A stretch of 64,000 nt of DNA, taken from contig JALDZX010000035.1 in NCBI GenBank assembly GCA_022813865.1, positions 1 to 64,000 of the forward strand, given 5' to 3'. This DNA is from Xylographa opegraphella (lineage: Eukaryota). The translations under genes were made by a program, and so were the position numbers. The notes beneath the pieces are model-generated. The model was not told the origin of the DNA, did no database searches, and worked only from the letters and a program-made list of their open reading frames with translations. Below are positions 52,557 to 64,000 of the stretch, piece by piece; within the stretch, counting starts at the first letter, position 1; each line of letters starts with the position of its first letter.

Positions 52557-54157
52557 GTTTCTGCTTGTTTGCCAAGAGATGGAACTCGAAATGAGAGACT
52601 CTGGCAGTCAGTATTCCTGTGTTGGTTAAAAATAGTAGCTTTCACGTATTTACTACCAAGGTATGCATATTGAAGGTTCAAGAGGTCCTGGGACAAAAAC
52701 TGGATGTGTGCATGATTAATACTACAAGTAATGTAACGAGAAGAGTTCAGCTGTATTAATATGCCAGCACGGATACTAAAACAAGCAGATTCTCTCTGCT
52801 GGTATTCAAGCAAAAGGTAACGGGACCAATCGAGCGTATATCGTGCAAGGGAGGCGATCGTCGACCGAACCATTTGCCGCGACATCCATCTGTAGAAGCA
52901 CATGAAGAAGACACGGTACGAGGTCTGGACCCGTATAGCAAAACGTTCAAGCAGGGGCCAATGCCACTCAGGATACAATGCGAATTACCTCCGGATACTG
53001 TAGCTTTTGCCGTAGTGTGTGTACGTACGTTCATGTCAACGGAGTGGGGCGCAGCTTGGAATCCTCCAGCCAAGGATCAATTTCAAATCTGCCCTCTGGC
53101 CACACCCGGATCACACAGGTCCAGTCTAGATTGACTCTCAGGAGACAACAAGCGCGGCGAACAATGATCGCAGTGGAGATGTTCCAAACCTCCAAAGCAA
53201 ATGATTGGTAACGAATGGTTCTGGTATACCCTAGGCCTACCCACATATCAATCGATTGGAACATGTTCATCCTTTGCGTAAGAAGCCTGAAAGACCTGGC
53301 GTTGCGAAATGCCTTCCTGGAGTGGTAAGCTTCTCACGAAACTCAGGTATGGTAGTACCTTACCTATTAGACGAGGTCGGAGCCGATCCGTCGGTTGACC
53401 CGATGTGCGTCGCGCTAGCCTAAGCCCAATAAAGGATATTACGCGTCAACGCTAATTCGCACCTCGTTCAGTCGAGGCACAGCATTTGGAAGGCGTGTTT
53501 GGACTTTTCATTGGGCCAGTGCATCAGGAAGCTGGAGCAAGGGGATGTAAGCCCACTCGATATCCTCGGACTGAATCGCACACTATCTACCGCGAGATGA
53601 CCATGTATACATGACTGGGCATGTCCGCACAGATGAGCCGAATGAGTCAAGATTGTACTCGAATCCAGTATGAGTATCAACTCGCCAATCACACAGACTC
53701 AATGGCTCCCTCGGGCCTCGATGGAAGCTACTGTGCCGTTTGAATGACTCCATGCGCGGTAGTGTAAGCTCATGTTGTTCTTCCCATCATATTTGGGCGA
53801 CAGTTCGCGGCGCTGTGCCGTTGTCTGTGGAGCAAGGATGAGCAAGTATATCCCATCATCGACGGATCGCTGTAAGTGCCGTCGGCATCGTCGTCCCGGT
53901 TGAACGCCGCATAAGAACCAAAATGCAGTGTGTGCCACTAGCAGTGGAGGGATCGCTCCCCTGCGTAATAAGACCGAAGCCTGAATCTACTTGGCAGCTG
54001 ACGTTGCGGACATGTGTATTCCGTTCTGAAACTGATATCGTACAAGAGTAGCGCTGCTCAATGATACGGATCAAACGTCGGTCCAGCGAACTGTATCGTA
54101 CCATAACAACAAGACTTGTGAGGGTGTTAACAGTCGTTCTTCCTCCAGTAGTTTGCC

Positions 54158-55894
54158 ATGGAACAAGAACTCATTCACGAGATCAATCCTCTCCGGGAAA
54201 TTGAATTTGGAATCCCAGGAACTGAGGGTCGAAACTCTATAATGCGGGCTGATGCTGATAGCAGAAGCACGGAGCTCCAGATCGCAAAGCAAGAGCCATC
54301 CACAGGCCGTCTAGTACTGATCTTGGGAGGACTCTGGCTCGGAGTCCTCTTGGTAGCATTGGATGACACAATGCTGGCTACAATCAGCATCCCAATATCC
54401 GTTTCGTACAACTCTTTCTCGAAGCTCTCATGGATTCAGACAACGTTCCCCATTGGAGCGTCAGTATCACAGCCTCTCAGTGGACATTTGACCGATATCT
54501 ATGGGCGTCGAAAAGGGCTCATCGTTTGCTATGGCCTGTTTGCGATCGGAACTCTTTTGTGCGGACTTGCCCCCAACCTTGCCGTATTTCTCCTTGGCCG
54601 AATTATTGAAGGCTTAGGCGGAGGTGCGATTGTATCGATCACAGCTTTTGTGGAGACTGACTTGATGCCAATGAGGAAGAGAGCTCTCATTGAAGGCATG
54701 GTAATTAATTTTTTCGATTTTGTTTGATCTTAGTGGATCTCGAGCATTTAACATTTTGTATACTGATATTAGTAGGGAAATATTGCTTATGGAGTCACAT
54801 TAGCCCTTGGAGGTGTCTATGGTGGCGCCATAAATGAAGTCATCGGTTGGAAATGGGCCTTCCTCATCCAGCCAGGCATGATCCTCGTCGACGCCGCATT
54901 GGTATTTTTCGTTGTCCGAATACCTCAGCAAAAGGCGGACAGTTCTTTGCTGCGTCATATTGACTATATCGGTGGCACTAGCCTTGTACTTGCGATCGTC
55001 TTGCTACAAGTGGCACTGAACTCTGGCGGAACAGATATCGGTTGGGGGAGCCCAGTTGTGATTGTCTCGTTCATCGTAGCTGCAGTCAGCTTTGCTATGT
55101 TCATCTTTTGGGACTCCTTCCAAGCTAGCAACCCAGTCATACCAATCAGAGCCCTACTACAAAGAACGGTTGCCTCTGCACAGCTGAGTTTTCTCTTTGC
55201 CAGTGCCGCCAATGTCAGCATCATATTCTATGTGCCTATTTATCTCCAGGTTCTAGGATACTCGACCGGACAGAGCGGCCTCCGCTTTATCCCAATGGCT
55301 GTCGGTGTGGCTCTAAGTTCTTTTGGCATCGGATACCTTGTCAAGGTAACGGGGCGGTACTATCACATTAACATTCTCGTTCAACTATCGTCAACTTTGG
55401 GCGCGGTTCTCCTGTGTACAATGACGGAGACAACGCCATCGTGGCTTCCGTTCCTGTATCTTACACTCATCGGTGTTGGGACTGGCGGAGCATATGTTAC
55501 CCGGTTGATGGGGATTCTCAGCTCGGTGGACGAGCAGAATCAGGCTGTTATTCAAGGCGCATCATGGACGATCGAGTCGTTAGGCTTGGCGCTCGGGGTC
55601 ACCGTTGCCTCGACCGTCTTCCAGAAGACTTCCCTAAGCGACCTGCAAGTGCTTGTGGCAGGACAACCAGGTCTTCTTAATACCCTTACCACCGACTTCT
55701 CGTCTTTGCAGAGTCTCGGCGGGGGTGTAAAGCAGGCTGCCGTAGACGTTTACCTCAAAGCATTGCGGGCCGTTTTCCTCTTAGCAATGGCTGAGATGGT
55801 GGTAGCGGCTGGCTTGAGTTTCTTGATGAAAAACAACCAGCTGGTTGACGATCCGAAGGAGAAGACACCAGAAACAGAGATGAAAGAGATGTGA
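54158..55894 (+). CDS. MFS transporter, DHA2/14-TMS (Vba-like) type, 2 exons
   Basis: LVALDDTMLAT, motif A GHLTDIYGRRKG, GRIIEGLGGG, GWKWAF, IDYIG and many hydrophobic helices. Intron about 54701-54776. Confidence 0.93.
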
Positions 55895-57623
55895 AGATAT
55901 GGTATCGAACAAAGGCGTACCGTCTGATTAGTATACTATCAATTTTTCCTGATGCCGTCAGGCCACTCATAAAGATAGATATAAAAGCTATTTTAGCATA
56001 TAGTGAATGCAGAAGTCGCTAAACGGCGAATTCCTGATGCTCATTACATTTCCAGTCGTGGTCCAGTGATCTTTCATCATGAATCCGCTCGACTCATGAT
56101 GCAGACGCCGTGCCATGGCTAACCCTCCTAAAGCGTGACTTTTGAGATTCCGGTTTGTGACTTTGTCTCAGTCGAGGTAGAACGAGATAGCTTGCTAGAC
56201 CATGACACGGCTAGTCAGTGGCCGATACTGCTACTGTTACATAACACTATGGTTAGGGCCATTGCGGAGGCTGTTGGGTCCCACGATGTCATCTGAGTGA
56301 AGCTACCCGACAGCACTGTCGACCAAGGATCGTCGGTGGCGCAGCTCTCGCAACTGCTACGCCGCTGTCAGACTTGCAATGTTGCGCAGATACAACCTAT
56401 CCTGAGCCAAAGGTTCGAGCATCCTGCATCCCTGGACCGGAGGACAGAGGATAGTGGACACGACGTCCATGCAGGTGGAAGGCTACCGAGACAGCGCTCA
56501 GCACTAACAAACTGTCCGGCAGCATCATTATCCTACTATCCTACGATGTACGATGACCCACATGTTGTCCGGACGGCGCTGACGAGGAATCGTGCTTTGG
56601 AGTCCGAAGTCACAGAAGCCTTGAAGCTTCCCTTGGTCTGACCACGGCTCTACGAATCACCCGTCCTCCGGTATTATTTCCCGTCCTGAAAACAATGAGG
56701 TTTAGCGCGTCAGTTAGGACTAGGCCTAGTTTCTGGTGGTTTTGAAACTCGACTCACTGCATCCGAAGAGAATATACGGTCGCCCTTGCTACTCTTGTTC
56801 CAGAGATCCTCTCTACATCCCGATCCTCTGTGGCGACCAGGCGGGTAGGTCCGCTATGAGTCCCGACTTGGTCTACTGAGGCTTATTTGCCTGACCACTC
56901 CGAGGCGTGGGCAGTTGCAGAGGTCATGAGCTAAGACCACGCTGATGAGTTGGCATTTTGCAATCCTTCTTTTTTCCATCTAGCGCCTGCATGTTGACCT
57001 CGTTCTGATGATGGTGGGGTTGGGTGCAGTCCTGCACATCCAGGACTTACCCTGCAGACCACGAGTGCGCATGTCATGACTACCGACCTACCGTCGAGCG
57101 TCCCGCTCATTTCCCGTTGACAAGGAGCTGCATGCACGTCTGAGAAGGCTGGACTGCTACCTCAATATAGCTGCGTTATATACCCATGTCTCGACACACC
57201 AGTGCCGAGCGCTTTTGGCTGGCTCGATCGCACTGTGACTGTCACCATGGCTGTCACCCCTTGTCCAAAGACCTGGGTCCGTGGATATGCCCTCTAGAAG
57301 ATGGTCAGCACCAGCGTTCCCAGTAATGAATTCGAGGAAACTGTTCTCGACTTCATGAGAGACTGAGAATCGAACCGACACTCCCATCCGTTCATTGGCT
57401 ACAGTTGAACACGTGAGCTCCGTCTGCCTAGCCATATAGCCGATTTTTGCATTCTATACTAGCGTCAAGCAAGACCGAATCCATATACGTCGCCCTAGGG
57501 CTTTGAAGATCCATACTTCTCCAAAGATCCTCCTGTGATGCCAAGGTCTCGAGTGCATGGTGACCCCAATCTTAGGGTTCTCGTTCTTCCGAACAACACG
57601 GCCAGGGAGTGGAGTGGCAATGA

Positions 57624-57631
57624 TATAAATA
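57624..57631 (+). promoter_or_regulatory. TATA box of the dioxygenase gene
   Basis: TATAAATA about 130 bp upstream of ATG 57756. Confidence 0.5.
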
Positions 57632-57755
57632 TGTTCAATCCTCCAGCTTAGAAAAGAAAGCGGAACTACCTGAGTACCCAGACATTCTCAAGGCAGCAAT
57701 TGAAGGCTGTATCTGACATCATTGCCCCTTTCACAACCAGCCACATTCTTCCAAT

Positions 57756-59139
57756 ATGGTTTCCATACTCAAAACCCATACACCTCCAGCAAACCATGAA
57801 AGCTCCAACACGAGCACGAACCTCGACAAAGAGATTGTGAGCTATGATATCAACCTTCCTTACAGACCGCAATCAGCGATTGAGCAGGAGCAGGCTAGGC
57901 TCAGGACAGAGTATCCGGGCTATCTACCTCAATTCGACGATATCTGGTTTGACAAGCTCCCTGAGTTCGAATACCAGGATCCTGCACTGAGAGCTGACAA
58001 GCGGAAACCGAATCTTCTCACTCCGGGCGTGACGCTCCGTCATATCACGCCCAGAATGGGGACTGTGCTATTCGGACTCAAATTGAAAGAGCTTTCTGAT
58101 GCTGGCAAGGACGAGTTGGCTTTGCTCATTTCGGAGCGGAAGATCGTTGCCTTTAGAGAGCAGAAAGAATTCCTGCAAGCCGGCCCGCAATTTCAACAAG
58201 AGTTCATGGCACATTTCGGCAAGCCCAACTATCAACCTGTGACTGGCTCTATCAAAGGATACCCTGGGTTTCACATCATTCATCGGGATGGCAACCAAGC
58301 AGAGATCAAGAAGTTCTTCCAGCATAAGATGACATCCACCCTTTGGCATCAGGACGTAAGCTACGAGCTGCAACCGCCTGGTTATATCATGCTGGGTATT
58401 CTAGCGTGTCCGGATGTTGGCGGTGACACGGTGTTTGCTGACACTGCCGAAGCGTACAAGTACGACCCCTTTTTGAATTGAACGTGCCATTTATCGAAGT
58501 AAGAGGCAGCTGACTGATAGTTGTACAGCCGACTCTCACCGATTTTCCAGGACATGATCAGGAATTTGAAAGCTGCCCACACTTCTGAGAAAATGATCGG
58601 GTTCGCCCGAGCCAATGGCGGTCTCGTTCGCAAAGACCCCGTCACCAGTATACATCCTCTGGTACGGGTGCATCCGGTTACGGGAGAAAGATCAATATTC
58701 CTGAATGCTGAATTCGTGACCGGAATTGTTGGACTCAAAGATCAAGAATCTGATATGATGCTGAAGTTTCTAACGGATCACATTTGCATGGGACATGACT
58801 TCCAGGCAAGGGTACAATGGGAGAAGGACTCTGTTGTCATGATGGATGGGCGGAACACACTCCGTGAGTTTTCTGTTTTCGTCCCTTTCGAGAAGCACCA
58901 CTGATGTATCAATGCTAGATACTGCGACCGTCGACTATGACTCGACCGTCCAAGCCAGACATATTTTCAGGCTCGCCTCCATGACCGAGAAACCTATCCC
59001 TGTGGGAGGAGAAGGAGATAGTGTACTGAGATCAAATGGGTACAAGATCAATGGACATGCTAATAACGAACATCAAACACACGGACGTTCCTCGGACGGC
59101 TACATGCCTAACGGCCATACGTCGAGCGGCCACAGCTAG
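57756..59139 (+). CDS. TauD/TfdA-family Fe(II)/2-oxoglutarate dioxygenase, 3 exons
   Basis: WHQDVSYELQPPG (HxD), GGDTVFAD, HPLVRVHPVTGERSIF, MDGRNTL|HTA (distal His codon split by intron 58864-58918), RHIFR. First intron 58460-58528. Confidence 0.93.
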
Positions 59140-61499
59140 ATCTCCCGACCTAGCACGCAGTCTAGTCATCTGGCGACTCCATTATCCTCTGTGTCCTTCA
59201 GCGCTCGTACAATTCCCTCCAGCCCATGGACCTCTCCCACTTCCATCCACTCGCCAGAGCGTATTCAACAGCCCAGCTAGAGTCTCCTATGGGGCGAGTG
59301 TCTTGGTGCAGTAGATATACAGCCTTCAGGCTGCGTGAAGGTGGAGGAAAGTTCCATTTCTGACAAACGGCGACCATAGCTTCTGCTACAGCAGTGAATG
59401 TACATTTTCCACACTTGACGCTTGCGTGGTGCACCGTTTTTTCCCCTGCATCTCCGCTCTTTGTGCCCCAAAATCGATCTACTGCCTTCGCTATCAACTG
59501 AGAATGATATCTCTTGGTCCTAAACTTTGTACTTCGTCATTGGTCAAACGACCGGTTCTCTTCGGCCTCCAACTCGATCACAGATCGCTCCAGCTTTCTC
59601 CCAGTCCCTCCGCACCCGACTCCGTACCCACTCTGTCGTACCCCTATTTGCAACACAGGCAAAGCCCCGCGTCGTACCGAAGTCCGCTACTGTTGACCCC
59701 TATCCACCTCCCACAACGATCACTCCTACGGAAGTACCCCTGGGGACCGAACACGAAAAGGTCGGCCCATCACTCCCATTCTCCAACACAGGATTGGTCA
59801 TGGAGCCTGTTACCGGCGCAAAAACGGAATCCCAGCCCTCACGATACGGAGGTACAAGTAGGACATTCGAAGCCCCCACGACCCTCGAAGCAACTGCCTG
59901 CCCACGTAACCCGGTGGAAGTCCCTTTCCTGCACCTGGTATCCCGCCACGCCCTCCAATCGCGTTGATCCCGAGAACCGAACAGCGTGCCGCTCGTGGCA
60001 GGACGCGTCACCGCTACGACTCCTGTATCTAGATTGGGGGGGGGGGAGAGAGAGAGACAGAAAGAGAGTGAGAGAGAGGGAGTGGGGATTATCCAAAGGA
60101 CAGAGCCTATGAAATTGCCACCTCGTTCTATGCCAGCTTAGGGATGTATCTCGGCGGCCGGAAAAAGCTAGCAGCTCGCGTGAGATCGTGGAGCGTGTAC
60201 AGGCGTTCGTGGTGTGGCACAGGGGGCGTGTTCGGCCCCCGGTCGGTTGCCCGAGACGCTCTGGCGTGAGCCCTGGGCGTTTTGCGGCTGGCCTGGACGT
60301 GCGGTGTGGCTGGTACTGGGATGTGCGTATCTAGCGTTGTCCGGATGGCGGTGACGGAGGGTTTGGTCTGGAAGGGGAGGTACGATCCTTATTTTCAGGC
60401 GGCATTGCCGAGATGGTGTCAGGTGGAGTGAAGTCGGGATTCCCCAGACGCCGACGGCGCCGAGCCTTGTGTTCTCACTTGCAGGCATTTCGATCCTGCC
60501 GCGATCCTTCGCGCGCTGAAAAGGGGGTGGGGGGGAGGGGGGAGGTGTGGGACGCGGCTGAAGGGAGGGGAGGGGTGGTAGGGAGGTGTTCCTTTCATGA
60601 GGCTGGATAGGCGAATACGGTCATCAGAACGTGATGGTCGGACAAGGTGAGGGATGTGCTATGGCGGATTGGGCTATGGCTGCGTGGAGGGTGGGAGAGC
60701 GGTGTCGCCCGAGGGTCTGGTCTGATGTGACATGTCGCGCAGGAGGGACGATCCCTGGGACTTGGAAGGATGTCGTGCGACCGCACTTGGACTCCGTGTG
60801 ATGGGGTGGTTGAGCCGCTGGAGAAGGAGTTAGGGGAGGAGGGGCGGGGGCTGGGATGCGGTGTGGTGTGGTGTGGTGCGGTGGGTGGAAGCCGATTGCG
60901 AGAGATGGCTTCGGGTCCCGTGAATGGATGATTGTTTCTGCGGTCGAGGCCGGCAGATGTGGTCCAGGGTGGTTTTGGGTGTACGATCTCGGCTTGGGTG
61001 TGGGTGTTTGTGGCAGATGGAGGATATCGATCAGTTGGATGTACGTCAAGGCTTGTGATTGCTCTACATGCAATGTGGGAATCACAGCGACACTTCTAGG
61101 AGCCTGATGTTCTATAGTATCCTTCGTATTTTCGTGAGGCTCTTTCAAATAGCCTGCAGATGCTTGTGCGGTAAGGGGGCTTGTACAGCTTGAACTTGAG
61201 ATCCAGGGTGAAAAGTTGCCTTGAGCGGACTTTTCGCATCACGTATGGACACTGCCTGGGATATGTTGCGCTGAGAGCTTCTAGTGTGATGAAATATCGA
61301 TGTATCATATATTACAGTAGCCTCTTACTGTACCGAATTGATATCCTGCGTCCTAACGCGCTTCACGTCCATCACTTCGTCATCCATGACGCCGTGCCCT
61401 GAGCATCCACCTACCAGTAAAACTGCATCTTCTCCTGGCTGGATGACGAACGGTACTCAAAGACCGTGAATGCTAAAGATCTTGTCGCTGACCTTGGTC

Positions 61500-62030
61500 C
61501 TTACTGGTAAAGCATCACCCAAGTCAATCCAGCATCAGAAACGCTTGGCTGTAGATATCTCCTGACCGAGGCTTGAGGCGAACATTCCTGAAGGTTGAGT
61601 AGGCTGATACACAGCGTGTCTGCTCATAATACGCGGAATCGCGAAGGACCGCGAAGACTTTGTAGAGCCGCGAAGAGGTTACTCGTGATAGTATAGTCTG
61701 TAACATCGGCATGCAGTGGGCCCATGTATGCTCCGATGCCATGGATCCTGAGCTAGCTATCCTCCGGATGATTATCTTGATAATAGTGAATAAACGGCTC
61801 ACGCGGAGCTTGTACCCAAACATACAACACGGTCTCAAAGTTGAGTGCGTTGTCTATCTCCGCATGTAACAAGCGATAGCAGATAAAATCCTTACGACCT
61901 CGTCACACATAAAGAACAGCAAGTAGCGTGAGAGAGCAGAACCACGATATGTACATCAGCTAGACCAGCCTCCAGGACGAGAAATCCAAGGTCCCTCTCA
62001 GATACAAGCCACTTATACGGAAACGCTTTG
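61500..62030 (-). pseudogene. HET-domain (heterokaryon incompatibility, PF06985-like) pseudogene
   Basis: Manual translation: FPYKWLVSERDLGFLVLEAGLAD|DFICYRLLHAEIDNALNFETVLYVW...ITSNLFAALQSLRGPSRFRVL*ADTLCISLLNLQECSPQASV /frameshift/ GDIYSQAFLMLD*LG. This follows the HET consensus order YEALSYVWG, ITxNLxxAL, LWxDAICI, MGDIYSxA, WLG. Confidence 0.8.
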
Positions 62031-62711
62031 CAGTAGATACACAAACATCAAAATACAAACGACGCAAGAACCACTGCTCCCAAACTGCTAGTACAAAGAT
62101 AGCCGCAACCTCAGTCGGAACCAAACGAGTAGCCAATTTTGCTCTCGAGAAAGCGCGAATACACGTCTCGCTCGTGACGACTCCCGCGTTACGGACAAAC
62201 GAGTAGCAACTACATCAGTGCGAGACACGGAAGCGCAGGAGACACTTGAAGGGAATGAATGCGTCAATGCGTCTCGGACACGTATACTTTATTCTCACCC
62301 TCCACGAGACTGTGTAATCACCACGACATCGTGTTCGGTTTCGATACTGCCAAACTGATGCCTCGCCCCCCAGCACCGGCATCGACGCTAGTGCAAATCG
62401 GGGCTGCTCATCAGGCAATGCCCACGGAAAACCGGTCACCAAACCTAATCACACGTGCTTGATACTCCGGAGCGTCGAAAAGTCTACTATCAGAGAAAGA
62501 GACCTCGCTTCAAATGCACATAATGGATTCCTACATATTTTATGACAGGCCCGCGCTGCCGGCACAGATGCTCGCCTCATGACCGCATCACCAAGCCTCC
62601 GAGCTCTCGGACCAACGCTCCACTCCCATCGTCGCTGGCGCCCCACTTCACGACCACTCGTCGCCAACGCTCCCCTTGGCCTTGCCTTCAGCGTTGCACC
62701 CACAGCAACCG

Positions 62712-64000
62712 CTACCACCCCATCGCCCTCAACCCCGCAACTCCGACTCCTCCCCCCTCCCCCTCACCCTTTCCCCTCTGGCCCGCCAGCTCCAGTTGGA
62801 TGCCCCGATGCACATGGACCAACCAATCGACATAACTCTGCGCCTCGCCGTTCCGATCCTCGACCAGCAGTCGCGCGAACTCGTACTCGGCGCCATCGAG
62901 ACCCTGGCGCGCGAGCTGGAGGGTGAGGGCCTTGGAGCCACGAAGGCTGGCCCAGTAGGCGAGGATGTTGCGGGCCTGGCAGTTGAGGTGGGTGTCAAGC
63001 ACGGGCAGGGCGTTGAGGAACGGGTCGAGCGCCTGCAGGGACGTGGCGCTGGGGCCAAACAGGTCCTCGAGCAGGTTGGGCGACACTTGCGCGTGCAGCC
63101 AGAGCAGGCAGGTCTGCCCGTCGTCGACGAGGTAGGCGCCGCCGTCTTCGATGCGGGAGAAGGAGGCGCGGAGGGATGGGGGAACGAGGAAGTGGCCTGA
63201 GAGTGGGATTGTCTTAGTGGGGTCTGAGAATGGGGGTGTGGATGAGGACGGAGATGATATACCTGTTTCGGCGGAAGGGAAGCCGGATTCGGGTGGAAGG
63301 GAGTGGAGAGGGATGATGCGCGGGTAGAGCAGGAGGGACAGCTCGAGAGCGGAGGCGGATTTAAGGAGGCGCATGATGTAGGTGCGGCGATCGGAGGGTT
63401 CGGCGCCCGCTTGGAGGCGAACAGTGTGTCAGTAATAACGCACTTGATTGCAGGACATTCATGCTGGTAAACGGGAGGAAAGGACTACGGGAGAAGAAGT
63501 ACCTTTGAATGCTCGGCATTTGAGCAGGCCGAGGGTAAACATGCTGAACTCCTTGAGGTTCTCGGGAAGGACCAGCTGGCCTGGCGGATGTGAGCCGGAA
63601 AAGGCCTTTCGATAGCCAGCGAGAATGTCAATGGTCTTCTCGGTCAGAGCAGCTCGGATCTCTTTCAGGGTTCGCTCTGTCATTCGGGTAGCAGCTGAAC
63701 ATAATCTTAGCAGAATATCGAGCCCATTGATGTCCTTGACATTTACCTTCTTTCGCAATCAGATTGACGACGGCATCCTGGTCAATATACCTCATGCTTT
63801 CAATAGCGCCTTCACTGACGCTTGCTACAGTATTGGTACACCGGACTCGCCGCTCGCCATTCGCGGTAGTGTACAACAAAGCACATTGGAAATGCGCATC
63901 CAATTTCGCATCCAGTTTCCCGTCATAACTGAACATCACACCGAAAGCCTTGTCGGCGTCAATGGCGCCGAATTCAAGATCTGCGCCGAATGTATGCTGT
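62712..64000 (-). CDS. SEC24: COPII coat Sec24-family protein (Sec24C/D / Sfb3-like), 3' part; the gene continues beyond the window
   Basis: FQCALLYTTANGERRVRC, GQLVLPENLKEF, LYPRIIPLH, gelsolin-like GAYLVDDGQ, LVEDRNGEAQSYVDWL. Confidence 0.92.

Noticed and set aside
52499..53270. Small ORFs in the NRPS-MFS intergenic region as a cluster regulator
   Set aside because: No Zn2Cys6, bZIP or other motif. A TCGGAGCCGA palindrome near 53377 was not seen in the dioxygenase promoter.
56560..56640. KLQGFCDFGL on the minus strand, resembling a kinase DFG motif
   Set aside because: No HRD, VAIK or APE motifs found at suitable spacing, and the flanking frames are closed.
59160..60112. Possible fourth cluster gene (ORFs of 228, 146 and 103 aa)
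   Set aside because: No ATG start or recognisable domain, and multiple stops upstream; at most an eroded remnant.
44200..62600. Starship-type giant transposon carrying the cluster
   Set aside because: No tyrosine recombinase (captain) gene or boundary repeats are visible.

Overview
Eukaryotic DNA from a filamentous ascomycete (Pezizomycotina), judged by short GT-AG introns with CTRAY-type branch points and recognisable fungal orthologues. There are three zones. (1) 1-4325 is an extremely AT-rich relic with the look of repeat-induced point mutation (RIP). It contains unmutated LTR-like pieces and an assembly gap, and ends abruptly at an orphan exon. (2) ~4.8-44.1 kb is a core housekeeping block: UBP2, NDUFS8, ACP1, VPS74, an uncharacterised transcription-factor-like protein, RRP14, RSA3, HNT1, RBA50, HPC2, a conserved hypothetical protein, PIMT, CTP1, AP-1 beta, a 57-aa membrane microprotein, a HIRIP3-like protein and TPS1. 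(3) ~44.2-62.6 kb is an accessory island between TPS1 and a Sec24 gene. It holds a compact three-gene biosynthetic cluster (bimodular NRPS A-T-C-A-T-C(T), DHA2-type MFS transporter, TauD-family Fe/2OG dioxygenase) and a decayed HET-domain pseudogene that the ORF track does not show. The NRPS-MFS-TauD cluster is the best candidate for an undescribed system. Exon structures were inferred by eye and family calls come from motif recognition; no searches were run.
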